From positions 1-27,145 of IMG/VR virus record IMGVR_UViG_3300006810_000304: a stretch of DNA of 27,145 nt; one strand, given 5' to 3'. This document shows, one piece after another, positions 7,786 to 18,424 of this stretch. The notes under the pieces were generated by a model. The model was not told the origin of the DNA. It saw only the letters and a program-made list of their open reading frames with translations, and ran no database searches. A program made the translations under genes and the position numbers. Source of the stretch: a virus. Taxonomy: Duplodnaviria > Caudoviricetes. Numbering within the stretch: the stretch's first letter is position 1; every line of letters starts with the position of its first letter.

Positions 7786-9672
7786 CTATTGGAAATAGGG
7801 ATCAAACCATCTCCAGTAGCCTTTGGACTCTGGGTCAAGTGTTACTGCTTCTCTATGAACTGCGTATCTATTAAGTCTGAATACGCTGTGATATAACTTC
7901 ACGAGATCAGAAGAATCCTCTTCCGACAAACTCTCCTGCTCGATAAGTGCTTTAAATCTTTGTAATTCTGTCTCATGCTTAGACTTAACCGCTTGAGCTT
8001 CTGGAGGAATCCGGCGAAGATTTCTGATCTCTTCAAAGAACCTATCGATGACAAACACAATCTCACCTGGAGATGTAAACTCATCAATATCAAGCTTAGA
8101 GATCGCCATCTCATCGCCAGTGGAGTCTGTAACAATACGCTGGAATCCAACGTCATCAAGACTGCCCTTAAAGTTAGAAGCAATCGTCTGAGAGATTTTT
8201 TGTTTTTCAGATGGCTCTTCAAAGTCAAACAACTTCATGAGCTCTGAGCCAAACTCCATGTCTTCCGCCATTGGAGCCTCTTCCTCGCCATCTGGAGCCG
8301 GAGCAGCTCCTCCGTCCATAGGCGGCATCATACCTCCCATCATGCCTCCTTCTGGCATTTCCTGTTTTACCAGAGAAGGAATATTGAGTTTTTCTCTGAG
8401 CCAATCTACGTCTTCGATTTGATATCCAAGCGCCCCTAGCTGAGACAGAACCTGTACCATACGTACTGGATCTTCACGTTGTTTAAGATCTTCGAAGTTA
8501 CGGGCCAATCGAGGAGGGTTTTTGCCAGGATAGTTGAGCTCTACAATCCAGCGAACTAATGTTGAGTTAATTGTTTCATCAAGCTCTTCAGAGAACGCCT
8601 TGGCTTTACGCATGCGCACTGAGTCGGCGATTTGATCGCGGGCAAATGAGCCAACACTTCCCGTCTCTTGGCCAACTGTTGTTTCGCCATTGATTACAAA
8701 GCTAATTTGCTGATCAATGTAGCTGATTAACTGATTATATAGTTCAGGGCGGCCGTTGCTCTCCAACCACTGAATATCCATCTCATCGGGAAGGACTACC
8801 GCGGTCTCTTGACCAAGACGCTGAAGAGCCGTAAATAGAGCATTTACTTCTTCTTCTGGAGTGCCAAGGCTGAACTTACCTACCGCGGTTGGGGTGGTAT
8901 GCTTATCGGCGTATTGCAACCAGAAGTTGAGTAGTGTTCTTCTGAACTCAACCAGTGGGTATAATTGCCTACCTAACCCTGAGCCATGAACATCCATGAA
9001 GTTGCTATAGGCCCAGTGCCTATGCATAATCATTGAGCGAAGCGGAATACCCATGCCCTCCACCGGCGAGAACATAGTAATCAATCTTGGGCTCACTGTT
9101 CCGTCTTCGTTGAGTCTGAAAAGGAACCTACGTGGGTCACGGACTTTAATCTCAGAGGGCACGATGTATTTGCCCTGTCTCATCCAGCAAATCTCACTCA
9201 CGGCCATACCGAGAATAATTGATTCGCACATTCCGCGGATAAACGTATCAAACCCTGAGTTTGCCGCTACTAATGATTCTTTGCCGTATGACTGCCGAGT
9301 ATTACTACCCATGCGGTTAATCACTTGGCGAACGAACTCTGCTACTTCCTCATCTTCTGAGGAGTCAGAGGCGGGATATACCTCCCACGGTCTCTGTACA
9401 ATTTCACCGATGAGCTTTTCCCAGGCCGCAAGAATTTGGCTGTCATTAAACAGCCTCATGTATTTCTCAATAGCCCTAGGGCCACCACCACCTTCTTCTA
9501 GAAGGATATCATCTCTACGCGGAAGGACTACTCCGTTAGTGAGATAAGGCGCACCTGAGTAGGAATAAGGATCAGACTTATATCCAGCCAGGTTGCCTTG
9601 AGAAACGCCCAGGGAAAAATACCGGTCGAAAAACCCAGATTTTATGTGTCTTTGGGGATTTTCAGAGCTCAT
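7786..9672 (-). CDS. Portal protein, DUF935 / Mu gp29-like, with C-terminal extension
   Basis: Motifs GMAVSEICW, DPRRFLF, HGSGLGRQLY, FWLQYADKHTTPTAVGKF, YIDQQISFVINGET, LVRWIVELNYPG match DUF935-type portals. Confidence 0.85.
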   Translation of the reverse strand: MSSENPQRHIKSGFFDRYFSLGVSQGNLAGYKSDPYSYSGAPYLTNGVVLPRRDDILLEEGGGGPRAIEKYMRLFNDSQILAAWEKLIGEIVQRPWEVYPASDSSEDEEVAEFVRQVINRMGSNTRQSYGKESLVAANSGFDTFIRGMCESIILGMAVSEICWMRQGKYIVPSEIKVRDPRRFLFRLNEDGTVSPRLITMFSPVEGMGIPLRSMIMHRHWAYSNFMDVHGSGLGRQLYPLVEFRRTLLNFWLQYADKHTTPTAVGKFSLGTPEEEVNALFTALQRLGQETAVVLPDEMDIQWLESNGRPELYNQLISYIDQQISFVINGETTVGQETGSVGSFARDQIADSVRMRKAKAFSEELDETINSTLVRWIVELNYPGKNPPRLARNFEDLKQREDPVRMVQVLSQLGALGYQIEDVDWLREKLNIPSLVKQEMPEGGMMGGMMPPMDGGAAPAPDGEEEAPMAEDMEFGSELMKLFDFEEPSEKQKISQTIASNFKGSLDDVGFQRIVTDSTGDEMAISKLDIDEFTSPGEIVFVIDRFFEEIRNLRRIPPEAQAVKSKHETELQRFKALIEQESLSEEDSSDLVKLYHSVFRLNRYAVHREAVTLDPESKGYWRWFDPYFQ

Positions 9673-9688
9673 TTGGTATTTTCACACA

Positions 9689-9883
9689 TTATTCTTCGCT
9701 ATCTTTAAACTCACTAGGGTCGATTACCTTAGTCAAGTCTATAAGAACTGTTTCTAAATTCATTAGTCGTTCGGTAAGTTCTTCTTTTGTAAGTTTGCCT
9801 TGTTCCCATTCTGAAATAAGTTCTTCGGCTCCTTCGACTTTTATGTTATAACCAGAGGTTAAGATGTTAATTCCTTCTTCCAT
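9689..9883 (-). CDS. Small acidic hypothetical protein (likely start MEEGINIL at 9883; the track starts at 9937)
   Basis: ORF fills the gap between the 321-aa gene and the portal; the 9883 start gives only a short overlap with the upstream gene. Confidence 0.5.
   Translation of the reverse strand: MEEGINILTSGYNIKVEGAEELISEWEQGKLTKEELTERLMNLETVLIDLTKVIDPSEFKDSEE
9703..9710 (-). promoter_or_regulatory. GTTTAAAG motif, putative late promoter of the portal gene
   Basis: 30 nt upstream of ATG 9672, embedded in the end of the preceding gene. Confidence 0.6.
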
Positions 9884-10824
9884 AGTTCTTGTTCTTTGTG
9901 AATAGATTGATATAGAGCTTTGTATTTTTTCCTCCAAGCCTCGTCGTATTTTCTGACGTACTTGAAGTAGTTCTTTTCCCAGGTTTCTTTGTTATAGAGA
10001 TCTTTATACTCTTCTGGGACTGTTTTAGCAAAGAGTTTTAATTCGATCGCGATGATAGCGCTGATAAAGTCTCCGCGTTTTGAAATGATTTGCTTCTTCA
10101 AAAGATCGAGAGGAATATGGGAACATTGTTCCTTAACAACTCTAAATAAAGGGGAGTTGAACAAATCGGAGTTCTTCTCTTCTTTTTCCTTCTTTATGGT
10201 TTCTTCGTAAGCATTGTCTAGAATGCTTCCCATGAACGTCGAGTTAAATTCAACATCATTGCCATCATTGATCTCGCGCCAGAATTTTTTAAATGACTCG
10301 TATCCGCGAACAATTGTTAAATGGGAGTAAGACTGGAGCTTTTGTCTAATCTCTCTTTTTGCTGCGTCAGCATAATGCATATCTTTGCCATCCGGCCAAA
10401 AAGTACTTCGTTGAGCCAAAGAGTTTGCCCAAAGAAACGTGGTAAGAAGTTTCTTAGTCCTAGCGTCTCCTAGGTCTTTTTTGGGAAGATCATCAATGTC
10501 CTTAATTGCTTTCTTCCACTCATAGAAAACATCAGAAGCTTTATTTTCTGATGCCTGCCAGACAGGTGTTTTTGAAAGCTTTCCGATATGAGTCTCGTCT
10601 AGTTCGCCATAGCCAGTGAGTTCGTTTACAAGTACATCATCTTCTGAAAGACTTTGGTTTGTAATTATTTTAGGCTTGGCAGAATTTTTTATATGAGCAT
10701 TAAACTCAACAACCCATTTTTCATGAATGAGCTGTTGCTCTAGTTTCCATTTGTCGTGGGCAAGGATTTTATCTAACGCTGCTTCAGGCAGGTTGCATAG
10801 CGCTAGGATCTCCTGAGTTTGCAT
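9859..10824 (-). CDS. Hypothetical protein (helical, Lys/Glu/Trp-rich)
   Basis: 321-aa ORF overlapping its neighbours in an operon; no family recognised. Confidence 0.7.
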   Translation of the reverse strand: MQTQEILALCNLPEAALDKILAHDKWKLEQQLIHEKWVVEFNAHIKNSAKPKIITNQSLSEDDVLVNELTGYGELDETHIGKLSKTPVWQASENKASDVFYEWKKAIKDIDDLPKKDLGDARTKKLLTTFLWANSLAQRSTFWPDGKDMHYADAAKREIRQKLQSYSHLTIVRGYESFKKFWREINDGNDVEFNSTFMGSILDNAYEETIKKEKEEKNSDLFNSPLFRVVKEQCSHIPLDLLKKQIISKRGDFISAIIAIELKLFAKTVPEEYKDLYNKETWEKNYFKYVRKYDEAWRKKYKALYQSIHKEQELWKKELTS

Positions 10825-11260
10825 TAGTTTCTAACTTACGAAATTTTACGTCTATATAGCTCATTATATCACGATAGTTCCAGCAATTGTCAATTTTTCT
10901 AAAAAGTTTACTATCGACTCTTCCGAGATCCATGCCTAATGTCAATAAGTTGTTAAGGCTGTCCCAGCAATTACTTCCCGGTTCGTCAAACAAGAATACC
11001 ATTTTATCATCTTCAACTTCTTGGCGCTCGATTGCATTCAGGACAAAAAACAAACTTGAAAGAGTAATTGTGTCCCACCCAGCAAAAACAATAAAGTCCG
11101 AAGATTTAATAGTTGCGTCAGTTACCGACTGACGAGTCTTTACCTCAATTCCTTCTCTTTCTGTCAAAATTTGCTCAAGATGCACGGCCATCTTATTGAG
11201 GTCAGATGTAGCATCTACAGATTTTGCTTTGATAATAGTTACAGAGATTTTGGCGGGCAT
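10784..11260 (-). CDS. Degenerate LOG/SLOG-family (Rossmann-like) protein
   Basis: SDFIVFAGWDTITLSSLFFVL...KMVFLFDEPGSNCWDSLNNLL...G.V aligns by eye with the LOG C-terminal half (DAFIALPGGxGTLEEL...KPVGLLN..GYYD.L) but lacks PGGxGTxxE. Confidence 0.5.
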   Translation of the reverse strand: MPAKISVTIIKAKSVDATSDLNKMAVHLEQILTEREGIEVKTRQSVTDATIKSSDFIVFAGWDTITLSSLFFVLNAIERQEVEDDKMVFLFDEPGSNCWDSLNNLLTLGMDLGRVDSKLFRKIDNCWNYRDIMSYIDVKFRKLETNANSGDPSAMQPA

Positions 11261-11281
11261 AGTTTCACATAAGCTACAAAG

Positions 11282-11302
11282 CTTTAAACCTAAAGTTTAA
11301 AG
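11282..11302. promoter_or_regulatory. Back-to-back divergent GTTTAAAG motifs
   Basis: Minus copy 11282-11289 (21 nt to ATG 11260) and plus copy 11295-11302 (20 nt to ATG 11323). Confidence 0.65.
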
Positions 11303-11322
11303 TTTAAAAAAAGCGTGTTGAT

Positions 11323-14300
11323 ATGCTATCTGCATTAACTCTGAAGCAAATAGAGGCGATTACCTCAAACCTTCCTAAAATCATTAAGAGCTCTTTTGAT
11401 GCGTATGAGTCAATTAACGGTAAGTTCAGCGTTAGTGTGCAAAGAAAAACATATGAGGATATATACTACGATTTTTTCTCCTCTATAATTAAAAGAATTG
11501 AAAGAGAAGATGCCATTACAATACTGCCACTTTATGATAAATTGGCGTACATGCTCGTCAACTTACAATTTAATGTAAGGCTATTTGTAGAGCTTACTTC
11601 TATAGTAGAAAAGGCAATTCTAGAGCTTACTATTAATAGTAATACACGTAATAGTCAACTAGAGCAGTTTGTTGAGACTTATATTGATAAAGTTATAAGT
11701 GCAGTTGCAGAGGAAAGAATTTTTCAAAAAGGGTTAGAAGCGGATCAGCTTATTCAACTTGTACAAGAATACGCACCTTCTTCGGTTGTAATAGAAGACA
11801 CATTTAGATCCACTGACATAGATCATAGAACTATTTATCCTTTATTTGATAGAAATAACTATTGGGAAGTTCAAAAAGAAAACTATGAAAACTTTGGCAG
11901 AGATAAATATTCTACAAGGGAAGTAACAATATACCAAGGTAAAGTATATACGCTCAATCAAAATGTTTCAAAGCCTACAACTAAGGAATTTAGCCTGGAT
12001 GAATGGGGCGAGTTTAGTTCAAAATTCTTATTGAAAAGTAACACTTTTCAAGAAAAACTTAAGTCAAACTTAAAGACTTATATTAATAGCTCGTTGGAAA
12101 ATGTAGAAGACATAAATGGGATTATTTCTGACTCAAAAATCCAAGAGAAAAACAGCGTAATAACATACGACAAAGAAGATCTTAAGCTTACATTTGCTGG
12201 AGAAGGAGCTTCTATTACTGAAAACATCCTAAAATTAAAGACTCTTATTAAATATTTTGGAAACCATGAAGCTTCGCCAGTAGGAAATATTGACTATATA
12301 TCTAGATATTGTGAATACCTGTATGGGTCACTTTATGGCAGAATCATAGGAAATGGCTTTACGAGCCTTGACGGTTTTAACCTTTTAGGAAAATTTAATT
12401 TACTATTTTCTTATGGAGAAAAAATAAATAGAATTGCTGGGCTAAAATTCTTAGAAAGTTTTAAGTCTTTAAAATCTTTTAAGCAGCGTATTACGCTGCC
12501 AGAAACAATCACGTTAACTAGTACAGATAAGAAAATTTATTCAAAAGCAAAATATAATCCTATCTACGCAAAATACTGTAATGGAATTGAAGATAGATTC
12601 TTCTTTCAAGAAATAAACCCGTACGTTGAAGCTATTGATGTTGATATCATTCTCTTCGGAATAGAAAGACTTTTGAGCGTTGCGAATAGACTAGGTGATA
12701 CTATCAATGCACTAAAGAGTAGTCTTAGTCAACAAGGTATATTACCAGGTTACGAAGGCCTTGGCCCCATCTCAATACAAATTGAAGAGCTAAGTAATAT
12801 ATTCATTTCCACAACAGAATTAGAAGAAAGTTACGCCAATTCAAAAATTCTTCCTGGATTTAATGGAGCAATGGCAGGTCTTTTAAGATCTTATGGAAGG
12901 CTGTCTGATGTTTTAATTACTCCTCCTTTGACAGGTAGTGCCTTGGCAAGATTAAGCTTGTGGGGGAGAAAAATTCAAGGCGTATTAGAAAGAATAGTAT
13001 CTGACATCAGTATCATAAACTATGCTCCTGGAGACTTCATCCCAAACATTTCCTTTAAAAAATCTACATTAGAAAGAGAAAAGCTTATTGATCAACTAAG
13101 ATCTCTTAATTTTCAAGAAAGCGAAATTGATCTTTTTCTATCTGCCGAGACTTTTGAAGAGTTACTTATAAAGTTTGCACCTATTACCGATGCCGCGGAC
13201 CAACTCTCATTCTTTAGAGGATATGAACTATCTCAGTTGATTTATGAGTTTGGCGGAGAAAGCGCAATTGACGCGTATATTTCTTATCTTTATGACTTTA
13301 GTGAGTCAAACTTAATAAACTTATTAACGTTTGCAACTAAAGATAAAACTTCTGGTGTTACTTTTAATGAAAATCGCTATGGCAAATTGGTAGGTTTGCT
13401 GATTAACTTAACCTTTGCAATTAATCCAGATCAGCTAATATTATTTAAAGACTATTTAGCAGGAAATGACCTAGATCTATTTGAGTCTATTACCTACCTT
13501 CTTAAGAATAAAGAAGTTAATCTTTTATTAGACAAAGATAGTATAGATCTTCTTCGTCCTATTACGGAGTCTTTGATTTCTGGTGCGTCTCCATTTGGAT
13601 ATAACTCCAGGTCTATGGGCTATGCAGAAATAAATAGAGAAGTGCCACTTGCAGTGAAAAAATGGACAGAGCTTATTGGAAAAAATCTAGGAAATGCTTC
13701 TACGAATCTTATTCAGAACCTATATGATAAGAGTCAGGGACTAACTCCTAGAGAGTTAATTACAATTTTAAACACAGGCTCAGAGCATAATCATAATGAC
13801 TATGGTCAGCTCATTGATGGGTACGAGGGCGGAAGATTAACTAAGCTAATCAATTATGGATATCTTAGTGGCTTACTTCATAAACTAGGATATTACTCAA
13901 ATTCTTATCAAATAAATAATTTTTATATTTCTGGATCTGGGCCAATAAGACTGGACTCATTAGTAGGGGTAGTAAGAAGCTTAGTTTCTTTAACAGATAT
14001 TACTTTAACAAACTTTACCAACTCTATTTAGTATGACTTAAGCCAAGATTCGGTTGACTTATATCCATTTGAAAACTTATTTAATACTCAAAACAAGAAA
14101 ATTGAAGAAGTTTCTAAGTTAGTTAAAGGGCTTTCCCCTTCAAATGGAGACATTTCTACGATAGGACTTCCAACTGTGTCTGGGTTTTCAGACATCATGG
14201 GGTCACCTGGTATTGGAAATTCGCCTGTTCCAGAGTCTATACCGAGAGAAAATACCATAACCCCAGAACAAGCTAACTTACTTTCTCCTCAAATTAAAAA

Positions 14301-15180
14301 TTGTTTTTCGTTTATTGCAAATAAAACCTCAGAAGATGAGAGATCAAATGAAGTTACAAATAGATTTATTAGCTTTATTGAAGAAAATAAATTGATCGTT
14401 GGAGTTTCCGCAAAAGAAACAATTGTTGAAGCTAACTCAAATACTTTAAAAGCAATAGATAAAATTAAAGATTTTAAAGCTCCAAAAGCGCTAGAAGATA
14501 AAGACAGAAACGCGGATGTTAAGATCCCCTCTTTCTATGAAGGATCTAGGCTACAAGATAAAGTTAGCCAAGAAGAGATTGACTTGTTACAAAGTCAAGG
14601 CCTATTAACCAAATTCGATCCAGTGAGCTCATGTAAAAGATTTGGAGGAGAAAATTGCGATTCAAGAATAGAATCAGGAGTTAACTTATGTGGTGATATT
14701 AATAATAGATCTACTTATTCACAGAGAGACACGACCCCAAGCCAAGTATCTCAACCTGGATCTATAGGAGTAGATCGTCCTTTTGGATCTTTTGCGGAAC
14801 TCAAGCCTGAAGAATTATTTTTACCCTATAGTCAAAATAACAAGCCTCCATATTTTGCTTTGCTGGGTAACGACGTTAAAATAAGCAATAACGGCAATCC
14901 AATTAAGCCATCTATTGATACAGAGCCACTGGTCTTTACAAAAGAACCTAACGTAGATGACTCTTTATACTCTTCGTATTATAACTCGGAATACGGATTA
15001 ATTGAGGCCATCAAAGCGAAGTGGGAAAAAGACGAGCCGTTTAAATGTTCTTTATTAGAAGATCCGTATGCCTACCAAGCTTGCATGAACTTATTAAAAT
15101 GCAAAAGATTTAAAAGAGGAGAAGGTACGTCGTTCTTAAAATTCTGTCCTAAGACGCTATCAGGAGGATTATTAAAATGA
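11323..15180 (+). CDS. Large (~1285-codon) putative virion protein interrupted by one in-frame TAG at 14029-14031
   Basis: Track ORFs 11323..14031 and 14176..15180 share a frame, and the 48 intervening codons (YDLSQDSVDLYPFENLFNTQNKKIEE...) are open. Cys-rich C-terminus; preceded by GTTTAAAG. Confidence 0.7.
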
Positions 15181-16001
15181 GAATATTTACAAGCTTTCTA
15201 ATAGACGACCCAAATGTAACATTATTGCCTTTTGATAAAAGGCAAAGAAACCCATTTAATCACGTTACTTTCGCCCAGGAAGATATTATTTCAAATGACG
15301 AAGTAATGCTCTATAAAGAAAAAACAAACTCTATGGGGGTATCTATACAAACTTCAGGTATTGAGCCAATTAAAGAGTTAAAACTTACAAACCAAAATAT
15401 TCTAACCTGGGATGATTTGTGGATTGATGCGGATAGTAAGTATAGCGTAGATCCTAAAATTGAACATATAAATCTTCAAAGAAACTCGTTGTTATACGCA
15501 AATTTTAATCTCAAAAGAGACTTCTTAAAGTCAATCAATTTAGAAGGTAATTCTAGTCTCAAGTCATTTATTGGCCCAGAACTAAAAAATCTTGAAGTGC
15601 TTAACTTAAATCAATGCGTTAGTCTAGAGTATGTAAACTTGGGGATTTCTAAGAACATTAGAGTATTGAGTTTAAAGAATTGTAGGCTTACAGAAGCGTC
15701 TATGGAAAGAACGCTTTCGTCGTTTATTCCTACAGTAACTGCTTCTTCAAATATATTGCCGGGTTCACTGCCCCCGTTCAGAAAAAACTACTCGACTCTT
15801 TTAGATTTGCGTGGCAATGATATTAACTGGGGAAATACGCGAATTGCTTCAAAGATAAGACTCTTAGTAACAAATAACTGGCTCGTGCTATGGGATAATC
15901 CGCCCCCAACAAGTGTAATCCCAATTCAAATGTACGCATTCTTCCCTAAGAACATAAAAGAAACAGAAATCAATCAATACTATGGCAGACCTTCGATCTA
16001 A
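15177..16001 (+). CDS. Leucine-rich repeat protein
   Basis: LxxLxLxxN/C units: IEHINLQRN, LKSINLEGN, LEVLNLNQC, IRVLSLKNC, LLDLRGN. ATGA overlap with the upstream gene. Confidence 0.75.
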   Translation: MRIFTSFLIDDPNVTLLPFDKRQRNPFNHVTFAQEDIISNDEVMLYKEKTNSMGVSIQTSGIEPIKELKLTNQNILTWDDLWIDADSKYSVDPKIEHINLQRNSLLYANFNLKRDFLKSINLEGNSSLKSFIGPELKNLEVLNLNQCVSLEYVNLGISKNIRVLSLKNCRLTEASMERTLSSFIPTVTASSNILPGSLPPFRKNYSTLLDLRGNDINWGNTRIASKIRLLVTNNWLVLWDNPPPTSVIPIQMYAFFPKNIKETEINQYYGRPSI

Positions 16002-16914
16002 ATTTATTGAGGACTACGCCGGAGGATTACTTAACGTCTCCAGGCAAGAATTGGCCAGTACAGGAGAAGTACTTTCTCAGGATGGGTTTCTTTCTAACGC
16101 GGCTCTATTTGTAGAAGATGGATCAGGGACAAAGAGTGGTTTGCTCTTAGGGGCCTCACTTTGTGAGGTAGTGGATCCTACAACAGACCAAGGAGCTGTG
16201 AATGTAAGATACGCGGATAGAACGTATGCTAGTATTCGAGATCTAAAGATTTTTTCTACGGCAATTGCTTCTGCTCAAGCGGCTCTATCCGATGCTACTT
16301 CTACGTCAATCACAAACCTAGAAAATGCTTTTGAGCTTCTTGAAAATGCATTTGATGGATTACAAAATAGCGTTGATACAAGAAATGCGCTAATTGACTC
16401 TAAGATAGAAGAAATTAATACAGAAAGCTTAACTGCTCAAGTTTCTGAACTATCAACATCGCAAAAAAATCTAGATGCTCAAATTGCAAGTCTAAGCACC
16501 GTTATACAAGCAAGTTTTGCTCCGACTCAGAATATGCGAGCTATTTTGCCGGTGCAGTTTGAAAGTTATGGCGCTGTAGAAAGTCTTACAGTAAACACAG
16601 TGGCAAATCGTTTTAGAACTTCTGGAAGTTATACAATTACTGGTTTAACAAGTACAAACGGTACTGGATTAAATATTACAGCTGACGTTGATAGCGACGG
16701 ATTGCTAACAGTGACAGGGATTACAAGTGGCGGAAGTAACTTTGTCGTTAATGACCGTGTGGTAATTCCAGATTCAAGTCTTGGTGGTGGTGGAGCAGAT
16801 CCTGTTACTTTAACGGTTGCAACCATTATAGAATCAACTCCGATTGACAAACTTGTTCCTCAGGTCCAATTGCTAATTGAAAAAGTAAACGAAATTTTGA
16901 CAGCTTTTTCCTAG
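15982..16914 (+). CDS. Coiled-coil fibre / whisker-like virion protein
   Basis: VDPTTDQGAVNVRYAD fibre motif, central heptad coiled coil, C-terminal beta domain ITSGGSNFVVNDRVVIPDSSLGGG. Confidence 0.6.
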   Translation: MADLRSKFIEDYAGGLLNVSRQELASTGEVLSQDGFLSNAALFVEDGSGTKSGLLLGASLCEVVDPTTDQGAVNVRYADRTYASIRDLKIFSTAIASAQAALSDATSTSITNLENAFELLENAFDGLQNSVDTRNALIDSKIEEINTESLTAQVSELSTSQKNLDAQIASLSTVIQASFAPTQNMRAILPVQFESYGAVESLTVNTVANRFRTSGSYTITGLTSTNGTGLNITADVDSDGLLTVTGITSGGSNFVVNDRVVIPDSSLGGGGADPVTLTVATIIESTPIDKLVPQVQLLIEKVNEILTAFS

Positions 16915-17255
16915 AGAAAGACTTCTTCTAGCACAGCTTTTTCGAGCCTAATAGAATATAACGGGCCGATTTTTTTAAAAATTACAAAAACCATTCCTTC
17001 TTGCTTATCTTTTTCTGTTGGAAGGAGCTGGTTTGTTATGCTTTCTAGAGCATCATCGCCCCCAAGCATTAGTGCTATTTCTTGTTTGTCAAATAACCAC
17101 GTAATGTCGCTTTTGTCTTTTGTTGCAACGTATAAAGCAATAGGACCGTTTTCTTTTATTGCCCTTTTAAACATTGGGACTAGTTCGCTTTCATCTTCAG
17201 AAAGGTTTTGAAAAATATTTTTAATCTTTTCGCGGTTTTTAGGATCTTCAAACAT
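16911..17255 (-). CDS. Hypothetical protein
   Basis: 114-aa ORF coupled to the dCMP deaminase stop (TAATG overlap). Confidence 0.65.
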   Translation of the reverse strand: MFEDPKNREKIKNIFQNLSEDESELVPMFKRAIKENGPIALYVATKDKSDITWLFDKQEIALMLGGDDALESITNQLLPTEKDKQEGMVFVIFKKIGPLYSIRLEKAVLEEVFL

Positions 17256-17662
17256 TACATTTTTTCAACATTAACACCAAGTTTCCTTAGCACATCAATA
17301 CCGTCACCAATGCGATACTCTGTGCGATAATAAACTTTTTTAATACCGCACTGAGCAATCATCTTTGAGCAATCAGGGCAGGGGCTATGGGTACAAAACA
17401 ATTCTGCCTTATCAATAGATTCAGATGACTTTGCCATCTTGACAAGGGCATTTTGCTCTGCATGAAGAACAAAAGGATTAGTACTTCCGTCTTCAAGCTC
17501 GCAGCAGTTAGTATGAAATCCAGATGGGGTACCATTCCAGCCATGAGCAAGTATGCTTCCATTTTTGACAACAATGGCCCCAACTTTTAATTTTTTACAA
17601 TTTGAAACCTGAGCAAAAAGCTCGGCTGTTTTCATATAAGCTTCTTTTATCTCGGGTTTCAT
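17255..17662 (-). CDS. dCMP deaminase (ComEB-like zinc-dependent cytidine/deoxycytidylate deaminase)
   Basis: Motifs KVGAIVV, GWNGTPSG, LHAEQNAL and THSPCPDCSKMI (HxE and PCxxC zinc ligands). Confidence 0.93.
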   Translation of the reverse strand: MKPEIKEAYMKTAELFAQVSNCKKLKVGAIVVKNGSILAHGWNGTPSGFHTNCCELEDGSTNPFVLHAEQNALVKMAKSSESIDKAELFCTHSPCPDCSKMIAQCGIKKVYYRTEYRIGDGIDVLRKLGVNVEKM

Positions 17663-17683
17663 AGTCTACAAATATCTAACTAT

Positions 17684-17692
17684 ATTATATCA
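17684..17692 (-). promoter_or_regulatory. Putative sigma70 extended -10 promoter (TGnTATAAT)
   Basis: Minus strand reads TGATATAAT, ending 21 nt upstream of the dCMP deaminase ATG. Confidence 0.55.
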
Positions 17693-17693
17693 C

Positions 17694-18005
17694 TTAAATA
17701 GGCTTATGTTTCACGTCCTTAATACCTTGTTTTTCTTTAAGAAATTTTTTGTAGGCATCAAACTGACGCATGTCCTCTTCTCCTAGAAAAACCTTACCAG
17801 TTTTGGGTGGTCTAATTCTTTTCTTCTCCGCTTTGACTGGTGGCTTAGATAGCTCCTCAGGGATCAAAGATGGCACGGGGTCCGTAAAAAATTCCTCTAG
17901 TTCTTCGTGAGTTGGAGAGGAGATCATTGAAATCTCAGACTCTTTTTGCTCCTCAAGATGTTTACTAGAGGTTGTTTTAGTTGTTGATCTTTTTCTAGTT
18001 GTCAT
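17694..18005 (-). CDS. Hypothetical protein (charged, low complexity)
   Basis: 103-aa ORF with an ATGA overlap to the upstream gene. Confidence 0.6.
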   Translation of the reverse strand: MTTRKRSTTKTTSSKHLEEQKESEISMISSPTHEELEEFFTDPVPSLIPEELSKPPVKAEKKRIRPPKTGKVFLGEEDMRQFDAYKKFLKEKQGIKDVKHKPI

Positions 18006-18403
18006 AGTCTTCTCCTTTTACAACTGCTACAACCAGCCCATCCTTGGACTCTTGATGGTCCTGGATACTGGGTACCTGGGGCATCATCTGCAGGATTAAC
18101 TTCATAGAGCCCTGGAGCAAGAGAAGACGAGGTTTTAGTCTTTCTTGTCTCGGTCCAGTTTTGCCAGCCCCACATGTCCTCAGATCCGTATACGTGGGGA
18201 TTCTGACCAGAGTTTTTTGACATTGTTCTTCTAGTATTATATTCGGGTCCTTGGTTAACTCTATATGAACTTCTTAGGTACCTTTCTTGGGCCAAAGCTT
18301 GGCGGACATACGCGTTGTTCTGAGTAGTCCTTGCTCTATAGTCTGAGTTTTTGCGCAACTCTTCCCAAGACTCATACGGAGAGTTTGAAGAATTTATCGC
18401 CAT
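18002..18403 (-). CDS. Hypothetical protein with C-terminal CxxC and basic tail
   Basis: 133 aa ending GWAGCSSCKRRRL; preceded by GTTTAAAG and an AAGG SD-like sequence. Confidence 0.65.
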   Translation of the reverse strand: MAINSSNSPYESWEELRKNSDYRARTTQNNAYVRQALAQERYLRSSYRVNQGPEYNTRRTMSKNSGQNPHVYGSEDMWGWQNWTETRKTKTSSSLAPGLYEVNPADDAPGTQYPGPSRVQGWAGCSSCKRRRL

Positions 18404-18424
18404 ATTTTACCTTATCTGTAGTGT

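Noticed and set aside
15670-15677. GTTTAAAG copy inside the LRR gene
   Set aside because: It is about 300 nt from the next start codon and is treated as a chance occurrence in AT-rich sequence.
16911-16914. Convergent genes sharing a CTAG stop palindrome
   Set aside because: Ordinary compact-genome overlap.
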